Origin: Candidatus Uhrbacteria bacterium GW2011_GWF2_39_13 | GTDB taxonomy: Bacteria > Patescibacteriota > Patescibacteriia > UBA9934 > GWF2-40-263 | Length of the DNA stretch: 59,900 nucleotides | Assembly (NCBI GenBank): GCA_000993535.1 | Contig: LBWG01000008.1 | Location: 1 to 59,900 of the forward strand | Direction of reading: 5' to 3' | Shown: positions 17,922-26,232 of the stretch, one piece after another | How the letters are laid out: each line of letters begins with the position of its first letter | Numbering within the stretch: the stretch's first letter is position 1 | The notes under the pieces: model-generated | Seen by the model: only the letters and a program-made list of their open reading frames with translations | Databases searched by the model: none | What the model was told of the DNA's origin: nothing | Translations under genes and position numbers: made by a program

Positions 17922-18044
17922 AAACCGACATTACCTAATATTAAAGTTGCGCATTAAACAATTACATTGCACATTATATAACAATTAGTTTTTAAATGCA
18001 AGTGCAGTCCGATTAAAAAGTAGTAAAAAAATAGTCTGAAATAG

Positions 18045-18467
18045 TCGTGGTATCCAGAACCTCACTGACCTGCCGGCCTATCCAAATATTCAACTCGGAG
18101 ATTTGCCGGGCGGTTGACGCAGAATTTGAGACGTAAAACTTCAATTGAAAAATCGAACTTTGACAGAAAATCTGACATTTTACGAATCAGAGTATCTTGA
18201 AAATAAAAATCGAGGGCAAAAATGATAGAGAGAGCCATAAGTCCCTGAGGTCAAATCCAGCAAGATAAGAACGGCAGTTTTTTGAATTTGTGATAATCAC
18301 ATTGTAGTACAAGTTCGCAAGTTACGAATGCTCAAGCATCTTTCAAAAACAAACCTCCGTCCACTTTTTATCAAAATCATAAAATGACGAACAGCTGAAA
18401 GTTTGACGGATGAGTTGAGTTCAAATCAATCCGGCAAATTACAAGATTTAGTTTCTGGATACTACGC
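18045..18467 (+). repeat. copy B (longest, ~420 bp) of the dispersed repeat family, with terminal inverted repeats
   Basis: CGTGGTATCCAGAACC (18046-18061) versus GTTTCTGGATACTACG (18451-18466) are 14/16 complementary. The core 18361-18467 matches copies A and C, and 18275-18360 additionally matches copy C. Contains the hairpin 18405-18435. Confidence 0.65.
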
Positions 18468-18505
18468 CAGAATTATTCACTATTTCAGGAATGCTTTGTC
18501 GATAC

Positions 18506-19954
18506 CTATTCTATCGGATATGAGCGATAATTCTTCCGATACGGAACCGTGAACTGAACAACTATCACATGATGGGCAGTACCTGTTTCCAGAACGTTTC
18601 TGATATAGCTTTCGACCGGAGTTTCCACTTTTATCATGGCGTGTATTTCATCGCAGGGGAGGCAGGGGAACTCTATAGCCTCTCCTTCTGAGATGAACAT
18701 TCGCCATCCGTTGGCTGTATGCAGGAAATGCCCCATTGTAACCGGGCCGGGTTTCATTATCAGTTCATAATTTATTCCGTTGCCCTTGAAGCCCCATTCC
18801 TCCGGGGACCTTGTGAGAGTTACCGATTTATCTGAAGATGCCATCTCAGGCGTGGCGATGCCATGCCCGAGCAGAAATATTGCATTGTTCTTTTTGTCGA
18901 ACTGTCCCCATTCCGCCTGAAGCGGAATATTTCCGGTCAGGTCTTTCATCATTTCCATCATTATTAAACCGCCGATGTCACCTTCGCAGGCAACGGTGAT
19001 ATTTTCTTTTTCCATGAGTATTGAAGCGCCGAGCCTGGCGGGGGCCCCGGTTACTTTTTCGATATAATGTTGTCCGAGGAAACAAAGCGCGTCAAGATTG
19101 AATTTCCTGACAATCTCTTTCATTGCCAGTCCAAGCCTGACAGATCTCACCGCGTCATCAATTGTAACATGCTTCGATTTAAAGCGCGCAAAAAGTTTTG
19201 CGGCTTCGGCTTTTGCCGTTTTTTCTGAAACACTTTTCCATATATCGATAAGATGTTCCATCTGTATGCTTATTATTTCGGGGCCGAGGAAACCTCTTAT
19301 TTTAGATCTATCGTATTCCAAGTCGTACATACCTCTGAAAACATGTCCGATTATGCCGATATTGTATGATGTCAGTTTTTTTGCAATCCGGACAGACTGT
19401 ATGTGCTTTTTCAGTATTGAATAAGCATTTTCATCACTTATTTCTCCGACAACCACATCATATTTTCTATCAGTCTTCCTGAATGTTCCGCTTAATTGCG
19501 AAAGCCCGATAAGCGCGCTGTTGCGCATCGTTGCCGGATAATCGTCAAAAGGCGATACGTCAGCGCCTGTCTGAGTGTTGAAAAATATTACAGGCACATG
19601 CCTGATTTTATCCAGAACGTGAAGCACTATGAAATCCGGCAGATATGTTCCTTCCGCGATGACTATCAGGTCAATCTTTTCCTGGACGAATTTGTTCCCT
19701 GCGAGTTCAGCCGCATCCAGCGTATCAACCATGCAGGGATAAACAAGATCACAGAAAGAGGAAAGTCTTTTCTGGATTTTTCTCAGGTCTCCTGCCACTT
19801 TTTTCTCCAATGCCGGATACATTCTCCAGTACTCGAAGTAACCACATCCGAGCAATCCGACTTTTATATTGTTGTTTTTATGATTGGAACTGATGATGTC
19901 TCCAAAAGATTGGGCATTGGAAGCTTCAAAAGATGTTATTTTAGGCTTAGACAT
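18506..19954 (-). CDS. L-fucose/L-arabinose isomerase-family protein (possibly frameshifted at the extreme C-terminus)
   Basis: 482 aa. The overall layout and motifs (IGIIGHVFRGMYDLEYD, ACEGDIGG, TAHHV) resemble FucI/AraA-like sugar isomerases. The last 16 residues look non-native, and an alternative frame gives a more typical tail (see findings). Confidence 0.6.
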   Translation of the reverse strand: MSKPKITSFEASNAQSFGDIISSNHKNNNIKVGLLGCGYFEYWRMYPALEKKVAGDLRKIQKRLSSFCDLVYPCMVDTLDAAELAGNKFVQEKIDLIVIAEGTYLPDFIVLHVLDKIRHVPVIFFNTQTGADVSPFDDYPATMRNSALIGLSQLSGTFRKTDRKYDVVVGEISDENAYSILKKHIQSVRIAKKLTSYNIGIIGHVFRGMYDLEYDRSKIRGFLGPEIISIQMEHLIDIWKSVSEKTAKAEAAKLFARFKSKHVTIDDAVRSVRLGLAMKEIVRKFNLDALCFLGQHYIEKVTGAPARLGASILMEKENITVACEGDIGGLIMMEMMKDLTGNIPLQAEWGQFDKKNNAIFLLGHGIATPEMASSDKSVTLTRSPEEWGFKGNGINYELIMKPGPVTMGHFLHTANGWRMFISEGEAIEFPCLPCDEIHAMIKVETPVESYIRNVLETGTAHHVIVVQFTVPYRKNYRSYPIE

Positions 19955-19956
19955 AT

Positions 19957-20847
19957 TTACTCCTGCGATTTCGAGAAGAATTTATTGCATGCTTCTGACA
20001 TTGTTACTGCTTCAAATTTTTTATTCATTGAAGCAGCTTTCTCTTGACCGTAAGCGATGAGTCTTCTGTAAAATTCAAAACCAAGCAGTGGCTCATTTCC
20101 TTCCTGTATAGGAGAGACATGGCACACCGGAACAAAAGGTATGTCATTTTCAATACAGGCGTCAAGGTCGTGTCTTGCCAGGTCAAATGTTATCTCTAAC
20201 TTATCTTTTTCCAGATACCATGTGTATTCCGCTGTAAGGGGCAGCGTTTTCATATCGCCTTTAACTTGGGCGGCATCAAAATCTTTCTTTGTAATGGGCT
20301 TGATTTTAATTTCTTTTTTGTTATTCAAAATATCCCATGCTCCGGGCTGAAAACATTTGGAACTGTCGTAAGCATATTTTTCAAGGACTAACGCAGTGAA
20401 AAGATTACCGCATACGGAAAGGCACGGGCCCCTGAAACCTTTGATTTTACAATTCAAATTCTGTTCAAGAATTTCACGCCCATTTCGCAATCTTGAAGTA
20501 ATCACAGAGACTGATAATTGCTTTTCTATTTCCGGGCGATGCGTCCTGACAAATTCCTTGTTTTCTTTTTCATGGGGCAAATCCAATATCATTTCAGGAG
20601 GTATGCCGAATTCGAACCTGGTGTGCTCCAATCCATGCTGCCCGATTTCATGTCCCTGCGATATCATGTTTTTCAATATCGAAGAATAAGTTTTGCTTTT
20701 CTTTTCAAAGGACAAAGGAACTGTGAACAATGTCATTTTGATTTTCTCTTCTTCGCAGAAAGCCAAAAGTCGCTCGAGATGCGCTTCCGTGGAATATCCA
20801 TCAAGGCATCCGTCATCGGTGCTGAAACAGAATAAAAAACTTTTCAT
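19957..20847 (-). CDS. polysaccharide deacetylase-like (NodB/CE4-like or DUF2334-like) protein
   Basis: 296 aa. FSTDDG near the N-terminus and HEIGQHGLEH resemble the Asp and His-His metal motifs of NodB-homology deacetylases. Confidence 0.55.
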   Translation of the reverse strand: MKSFLFCFSTDDGCLDGYSTEAHLERLLAFCEEEKIKMTLFTVPLSFEKKSKTYSSILKNMISQGHEIGQHGLEHTRFEFGIPPEMILDLPHEKENKEFVRTHRPEIEKQLSVSVITSRLRNGREILEQNLNCKIKGFRGPCLSVCGNLFTALVLEKYAYDSSKCFQPGAWDILNNKKEIKIKPITKKDFDAAQVKGDMKTLPLTAEYTWYLEKDKLEITFDLARHDLDACIENDIPFVPVCHVSPIQEGNEPLLGFEFYRRLIAYGQEKAASMNKKFEAVTMSEACNKFFSKSQE

Positions 20848-21539
20848 TGCAATAGCCTTTCTATATTATTTATCGCTTCAGGAACAAATGAGGATTTTTT
20901 CAAAACCTCTGCATATTTCACGCCGATTTTGCTTCCGTGGAAACGAGCCCTTGCCGTTAATTGATCAACCATTTTATCAAGATGCTTTTCCGCGGTCTTG
21001 AATTTCTTCCATGCCTCTATCTTGGCGTCAAAAGTATCGGAGATATCTACAATATGGGTTGGTTCAGGCAAATCATGAATAACTTCGAAATGGTAAAAGG
21101 ATTTTGCCGTCCACGGTTCGCCAAGATCGGCGCTGCAATGCCAGGCCGCCTGCCACCAGGCGTCGGATGTCATTCTTGCCATTGCCATGTGCTGGAAATA
21201 TTCTGCCCAGTAATGCCCCAGTATTATATCCGGTTTTACTCTTCTTATTTCTTCAATGCAGATTCTATAATTTTCCCTATTTTCCTGTACCGCAAAATCC
21301 GGCAGGTCATGACATTTGAAATCGGAAACGCCGATTACGGAATGCGCTTCCACTGCTTCCGACTTGAATGCTTTCACTATGTCCTCGGCCTTTTGCGATT
21401 TGCATTCTGTTGCTTCGTCTCCGTTTCCAAAACAAACCACACTGACCGATATGTTGTTATCAGTGAACTTTTTTATAATTCCACCCGCCGCGATAATGGA
21501 ATCGTCAAGGTGTCCGGCAAGAATCAGTACTTTTTCCAT
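20844..21539 (-). CDS. PIG-L/LmbE-family N-acetylglucosaminyl deacetylase
   Basis: 231 aa. VLILAGHLDDSIIAAGG matches the AHPDDE-type LmbE signature. 4-nt overlap with the downstream gene. Confidence 0.8.
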   Translation of the reverse strand: MEKVLILAGHLDDSIIAAGGIIKKFTDNNISVSVVCFGNGDEATECKSQKAEDIVKAFKSEAVEAHSVIGVSDFKCHDLPDFAVQENRENYRICIEEIRRVKPDIILGHYWAEYFQHMAMARMTSDAWWQAAWHCSADLGEPWTAKSFYHFEVIHDLPEPTHIVDISDTFDAKIEAWKKFKTAEKHLDKMVDQLTARARFHGSKIGVKYAEVLKKSSFVPEAINNIERLLQ

Positions 21540-21591
21540 TTTAATAACCTCTCAATGTTTTCATGCTCTAATAGTACTATATTTGAGATTA

Positions 21592-22524
21592 TTAAACTAC
21601 ACCTTTCCTGCTGATTTGTTTTCCTTTTCTGCTCTTTCTGAAAGAAACGGGAGACTGCTTCTCAAGCTTTTTGAAAATTCGGTTAAAATGTGTCAGATTG
21701 CTGAAACCAGTTTCGGTAGAGATTTCCGTTATGCTCATATTGGTATTGAGTAAAAAATCTTTTGCTTTTTCTATTCTGAACTTATTCAGATACTGAACAA
21801 AACTTATTCCAAGTTCTTTCTTAAAGAGATGACTGAAGCGGCTGGCGCTGAGAAATATACGGGAGGCCGCGTCTTCTATGCTTATTTTATTCTTGTACTT
21901 TTTTTCAATGTAGCCCCGTATAACAGAAATTTTGTCTTTTTCATGTATTTTTTCAAAGAAGAGAAGTTTGCTTTGGCTGTCCACGATGTAATTACTGACA
22001 AGGGAAATCAAATCTACTATTGCCTGGAGTTTCTCTTGATCTAAATATGGTGTTTTGAAGAAATGTTTTTTTAAATCAGAATCACTAGTATTCAAATTCA
22101 AATCAGATATCATCTCTTTGAATTTTCTGAAGCTTTTTTCTGAGGGTTTTTCCCGTAAGATCTGACCGGCTGTAACACAGCCAATAAATTTTTTGTTGAT
22201 GAATATAGGTACTCCTATATCAGTTAGTCCGGCATGGCATGTATATATTACGCTCTTCTGTTTGATTCTTGCTTCATTTAATGCCGAGGCATCATATATT
22301 TCACATTTTTTTCTGCCCTCGGGGCATGCTCTTATAAGTTTACAAAGCGGATTCAGGTGATGCTCCGGACATAGTTTGAAGCATTCTCCGTCAGACGATG
22401 CGAAGTCCATAGGAATACCTGTAAGTCTATAAACGATATTATGGTATTCTGCCAGAATTTTTTCTTTGCTTACATCGATGATCTTCTCGTAGATTTTCTT
22501 CTCAGTCATAATGTTTTTCTCCAT
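21592..22524 (-). CDS. AraC-family transcriptional regulator with N-terminal PocR-like sensor domain
   Basis: 310 aa. Cys-rich PocR-like region (...CKLIRACPEGRKKCEIYD...YTCHAGLTDIGVPIFINKKFIGCVTAGQ...) and a C-terminal AraC double HTH (...ISTETGFSNLTHFNRIFKK...). Confidence 0.8.
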   Translation of the reverse strand: MEKNIMTEKKIYEKIIDVSKEKILAEYHNIVYRLTGIPMDFASSDGECFKLCPEHHLNPLCKLIRACPEGRKKCEIYDASALNEARIKQKSVIYTCHAGLTDIGVPIFINKKFIGCVTAGQILREKPSEKSFRKFKEMISDLNLNTSDSDLKKHFFKTPYLDQEKLQAIVDLISLVSNYIVDSQSKLLFFEKIHEKDKISVIRGYIEKKYKNKISIEDAASRIFLSASRFSHLFKKELGISFVQYLNKFRIEKAKDFLLNTNMSITEISTETGFSNLTHFNRIFKKLEKQSPVSFRKSRKGKQISRKGVV

Positions 22525-22640
22525 AAATAGCAGGAAACGTAAAATATTCAGCCGAAAAGGTGTGGATTTATTTTCATGTTTATTATAACATCTACAATAG
22601 AATAAAAAAGTATTGTCAGGATAAATAAGTAAATATTTTA

Positions 22641-23360
22641 ATGGGATATGAGAAAAGTATGAAACAGCGGTTGAGTGAATTGAAAATTTTCAAGAAAATC
22701 GCAAAGAAAGAAGCAATAAAAGTAGTGGCGCTTGGGTCCTCCAGTACTCAGCGTTTCATGTGTGGAATGCATTGGTTTGATTATGTCGAATTGGGATTTA
22801 AAAATACTGATTATAGAGTAGGCCAATTTATAAACTCCGGTGTATCAAATGACAGTACCGTTCAATGGCTTGAACGCTTCGACAATGAATGTGCAGTTTA
22901 CAAACCGGATTTAGTTTTATTTACTGTAGGCGCCAATGATTGCAGGCTGGAGCATTCCCTTGAAAAATTCAAAAAAAATCTGATGGAATTATACGACAGG
23001 ATAAAAGGAACAGGAGCGGATCTTGTATTTCAGACTTTTTATCCTCTGGACATGGAACGAGCAAAAGGAGCATGGCTAAAGATAGAAGAATATATTCCAG
23101 TTGTCAGGCAAGTGGCGGAAGAAACCGGAAGCCTTCTGATTGACACTGAAAAACGCTGGAAAAAATTAAGGGATTACAATATTGAATTATACAGGGCTTT
23201 ATTGAGGGACTTTGCGCATTTAAATGAAATGGGAAATATGGTGCTTGGACTTGATATAATGCGTTTCTTCAATACCGGGCTTTTGGTAAAAGACGGACAG
23301 ATTGATTATTGCCGGGATGGCTTGCTCCTGCAGCATAAAATAGATTCCTTAGACAGATAA
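22641..23360 (+). CDS. SGNH/GDSL-family hydrolase (esterase/deacylase)
   Basis: 239 aa. Block I VVALGSSSTQ, block III FTVGANDC and block V DFAHLNEMG are present. Confidence 0.75.
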   Translation: MGYEKSMKQRLSELKIFKKIAKKEAIKVVALGSSSTQRFMCGMHWFDYVELGFKNTDYRVGQFINSGVSNDSTVQWLERFDNECAVYKPDLVLFTVGANDCRLEHSLEKFKKNLMELYDRIKGTGADLVFQTFYPLDMERAKGAWLKIEEYIPVVRQVAEETGSLLIDTEKRWKKLRDYNIELYRALLRDFAHLNEMGNMVLGLDIMRFFNTGLLVKDGQIDYCRDGLLLQHKIDSLDR

Positions 23361-23381
23361 AATATAAAAAGAGGATGTTTG

Positions 23382-23762
23382 ATGAATAAGAAAATCTCCC
23401 AGGAAGGTTCTTTCGTATGGGTTGTCCCGGATGGCTATCTGCCGCCAGGCGGCGAGGGGGAAATGAAAAGCCATGAGGCGTTGATGATTCTTAACACGAA
23501 TAATAAAAAAGCAAATGTCAGGATGGACATATACTTTGAAGATAAAGACCCCGTCAGGGACATTCCTGTAACTGTAGGCGCCGAACGTATCCTCTGTATC
23601 AGGATAGACAACCCTGAACAGCTCGGCTATGACATGCCCGTACTGACACAGTATTCTCTCAGGATAAGGAGTGATGTCAAGGTAATCGTCCAATTCGGCA
23701 GGATGGATGTTCGCCAGTCCAATCTGGCCTACTATGGAACAATGGCGCATCCGGTAAAATAA
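23382..23762 (+). CDS. sensory rhodopsin transducer (ASRT)-family protein
   Basis: ~126 aa. W.VPDGYLPPGG...SHEALMILN...IYFEDKDPV...VGAERI...VIVQFGRMDVRQ... parallels the Anabaena ASRT sequence along its whole length. The ATG at 23382 is preceded by AGAGGA. Confidence 0.85.
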   Translation: MNKKISQEGSFVWVVPDGYLPPGGEGEMKSHEALMILNTNNKKANVRMDIYFEDKDPVRDIPVTVGAERILCIRIDNPEQLGYDMPVLTQYSLRIRSDVKVIVQFGRMDVRQSNLAYYGTMAHPVK

Positions 23763-23774
23763 GAGGATGTTATA

Positions 23775-24872
23775 ATGATAAATAAAATAAATTTAAACCA
23801 AACATTGGACAGGTTGCTGGCTTTTGCCGAACACCGCCTTGAAGATGGAATTTTGGTAAGCGTTAGATCATATTATGATGCTGAAAATAAAGAATCTGAA
23901 CAGGCCTATATCAAGGAATGTCCGCTTATAACGGAAAGAGAGAATTGTGTAAAACTTGCTAAAACCTATTTTGAAAAATTTGATTCCGCTTCTTTATGGG
24001 ACTTTATACCTGTTTCATATCCCGCCTGCTCATTTGGAGAATCAATATGGTCGGGTTTTTTTGGCGGGAAAATAACTTTTGCAGGAACTAAAAATGCAAC
24101 ATGGAGTTCCTGCGAAAAGCCAGTTATAGAAAACTTTGAAAATTTCAATTTTCCTGATTTCTCAATGGATAACTTCTGGATACGTAAATTTCTTGAGACG
24201 GCAAAATATTTTGTTGATAATATAGGTGCTCTTTGTGACTATACTCCCTTCATTTTTGACGACTGTTTAAATCTTTTAGTTGAACTAAGGGGAGCCGGAA
24301 ATGCATATATGGATATTTATGATTATCCTGATCTAATTGCTCGTTTCATGGATTGGAGCGTTGATTTGAATATAAAACTTTACGACCTCCAATCGAATCT
24401 TTTCAGAAGGACAGCAGATGATGCCATTGGAAAACATCCATATAAAAAGTATCTAAGGAGTCATATTCCAGATTTAAGCGTAGATGCTTATGGAGTGTGT
24501 GATACTGAAATATATAAGAAATGGGGGCTTGAACAGCATAAGAGAATTGTGGCGCATTATAGTGGCGGTCGAATGCATATTCATGCAAATGGCAGACACT
24601 TGTGTAAGACAATCGCGACAATCAAGGGCTTGTGCTATTGCTACTTAAGTGATGACATTGGATATCCTCCTCCCTGGGAAATACTTGAAGTATTGAAAGA
24701 AGAACTTCATCCTGTACCTATAGCAATAGATATACCTTGTGAGGTTTTTATCCAACGCTTGAATGAAAATACTTTGCCGGGTGGAGTCTTGTATAGGTTA
24801 GACGGAGTAAAGAGGACAGAAGAAAGCAAAATTATGAAAAAAGTTTTTGATTATTCTCCTAAGAACAGGTGA
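23775..24872 (+). CDS. hypothetical protein (no family recognised; faint URO-D-like TIM-barrel impression)
   Basis: 365-aa ORF preceded by AGAGGA, 12 nt after the ASRT stop. It has no signal peptide. Confidence 0.45.
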   Translation: MINKINLNQTLDRLLAFAEHRLEDGILVSVRSYYDAENKESEQAYIKECPLITERENCVKLAKTYFEKFDSASLWDFIPVSYPACSFGESIWSGFFGGKITFAGTKNATWSSCEKPVIENFENFNFPDFSMDNFWIRKFLETAKYFVDNIGALCDYTPFIFDDCLNLLVELRGAGNAYMDIYDYPDLIARFMDWSVDLNIKLYDLQSNLFRRTADDAIGKHPYKKYLRSHIPDLSVDAYGVCDTEIYKKWGLEQHKRIVAHYSGGRMHIHANGRHLCKTIATIKGLCYCYLSDDIGYPPPWEILEVLKEELHPVPIAIDIPCEVFIQRLNENTLPGGVLYRLDGVKRTEESKIMKKVFDYSPKNR

Positions 24873-24915
24873 GAAATCTAAATATACATTGTGAAACTAA
24901 AAAAGGATTTACAAA

Positions 24916-26082
24916 ATGTCGAAAATAACAAAAGAAGAATTCAAATCACGTATTGCAAGAATTCAGGATGAGATGAAAGTGAACGGCCTTGATGGAATTA
25001 TGGTTTACGGTGATGAATACCGGAAGGAAAGCCTGAGATATGTATGCAATTTCTGGCCTATCTTTGAAAGAGGCGCATGTTTTATCCCATTGAAGGGCAA
25101 AGCTGTTTTCGCGGGAGCCCCCGAAGGTGAAAAGTATGCCCGTGAAATGTGCGTATGGGATGATGTCAGGAATATAAAGGAATTCGCATGTGTTTCCGTC
25201 CCCGAAGAAATCAATTACCCGATGGCTAATTTTTCGTCCCTTGCCGGAATATTGCAGGAAGTCTTGAACGGCGGTAAAAAGCTTGGTATAGTAGGTCTAT
25301 GGGATATATCGGCGCCGATTATGGACAGAATTGGAAATTCACTGGACGGCATTCAGATACTGGATGCTTCTCCCGTTCTGACAAAACAGAGAATCATCAA
25401 GAGTCCCGCAGAAATAGAATGCCTCAAAAAGGCCGGACATATGGCATGTATCGCATATGAAAAACTTATTGAACACGCAGTTCCAGGCAATACCGAACGC
25501 ATGGCTGCCGGAGCGGCTGAAGGCGCCGCAAGGATGGCTGGGGCCGAGGACATCAATTTCACTGTCTTTGGTAGCGGCAAACGCGCTGATACAATAATTG
25601 GCAGGGCAACAGAAAAAATCATCCAGGACGGCGATATGATAATGGCGGCAATAGCAGTGCAATACGAGGGATATGTTGCCACTGCCGAATATCCTTTTGT
25701 TGCCGGCAAAGCTTCCGATAAACAAAAACGCTTCCTGAATGTCCTTTTCGAAGCCGCTGAAGTCCAATTGAAATATCTTAGAAATGGTGTTATCTCCGGC
25801 GAAATGGTACGGGCTGTCAAAGAAGTATTCAAGAAACATGGTCTCGAAAAATATGACGTTTATCCACCCATGCACGGCATAGGTCTTGCCGAAGCCGAAA
25901 GCCCATATCCCGACGAGACTGCCGAATATCCGCTTGTTACTGGAATGTGCGTCAATTCCGATATAAGTTTATTCGGTCATCCCGATGGATCAAATCGCCT
26001 TGAGGAAGGGTTTGTTATAACAGAAGCCAACACCAAATCTTTAACGCCATTGATAAGAAAACTTGTAGAGAACGGGATATGA
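24916..26082 (+). CDS. M24-fold (creatinase/prolidase-like) protein, probably lacking the canonical dinuclear metal site
   Basis: 388 aa. Creatinase_N-like N-terminus and pita-bread C-terminus (PPMHGIGL, LEEGFVITE). The two Asp ligand positions read A and T in GDMIMAAIAVQYEGYVATAEY. Confidence 0.7.
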   Translation: MSKITKEEFKSRIARIQDEMKVNGLDGIMVYGDEYRKESLRYVCNFWPIFERGACFIPLKGKAVFAGAPEGEKYAREMCVWDDVRNIKEFACVSVPEEINYPMANFSSLAGILQEVLNGGKKLGIVGLWDISAPIMDRIGNSLDGIQILDASPVLTKQRIIKSPAEIECLKKAGHMACIAYEKLIEHAVPGNTERMAAGAAEGAARMAGAEDINFTVFGSGKRADTIIGRATEKIIQDGDMIMAAIAVQYEGYVATAEYPFVAGKASDKQKRFLNVLFEAAEVQLKYLRNGVISGEMVRAVKEVFKKHGLEKYDVYPPMHGIGLAEAESPYPDETAEYPLVTGMCVNSDISLFGHPDGSNRLEEGFVITEANTKSLTPLIRKLVENGI

Positions 26083-26232
26083 TAATGAAACGCAGTACCA
26101 AGGCGTGATATTTTCTAAAGTTTAGGAATCCTGAAGATGAAGAGTTAATTTTGAGTTATGGTAATGCAGTCTTGGAAAACTCTAATTACAACAAACAATA
26201 GTTTTCCTGGATAAAAGAAATGGATTTCAGTT

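Noticed and set aside
9161-22524. Aminoglycoside/aminocyclitol biosynthetic gene cluster (LmbE deacetylase + class-III aminotransferase + dehydrogenases)
   Set aside because: No 2-deoxy-scyllo-inosose synthase-like gene, clear glycosyltransferase, resistance gene or exporter was recognised. The set is instead wired to an ABC importer with a binding protein and to IclR/AraC catabolic-type regulators, so I interpret it as catabolic.
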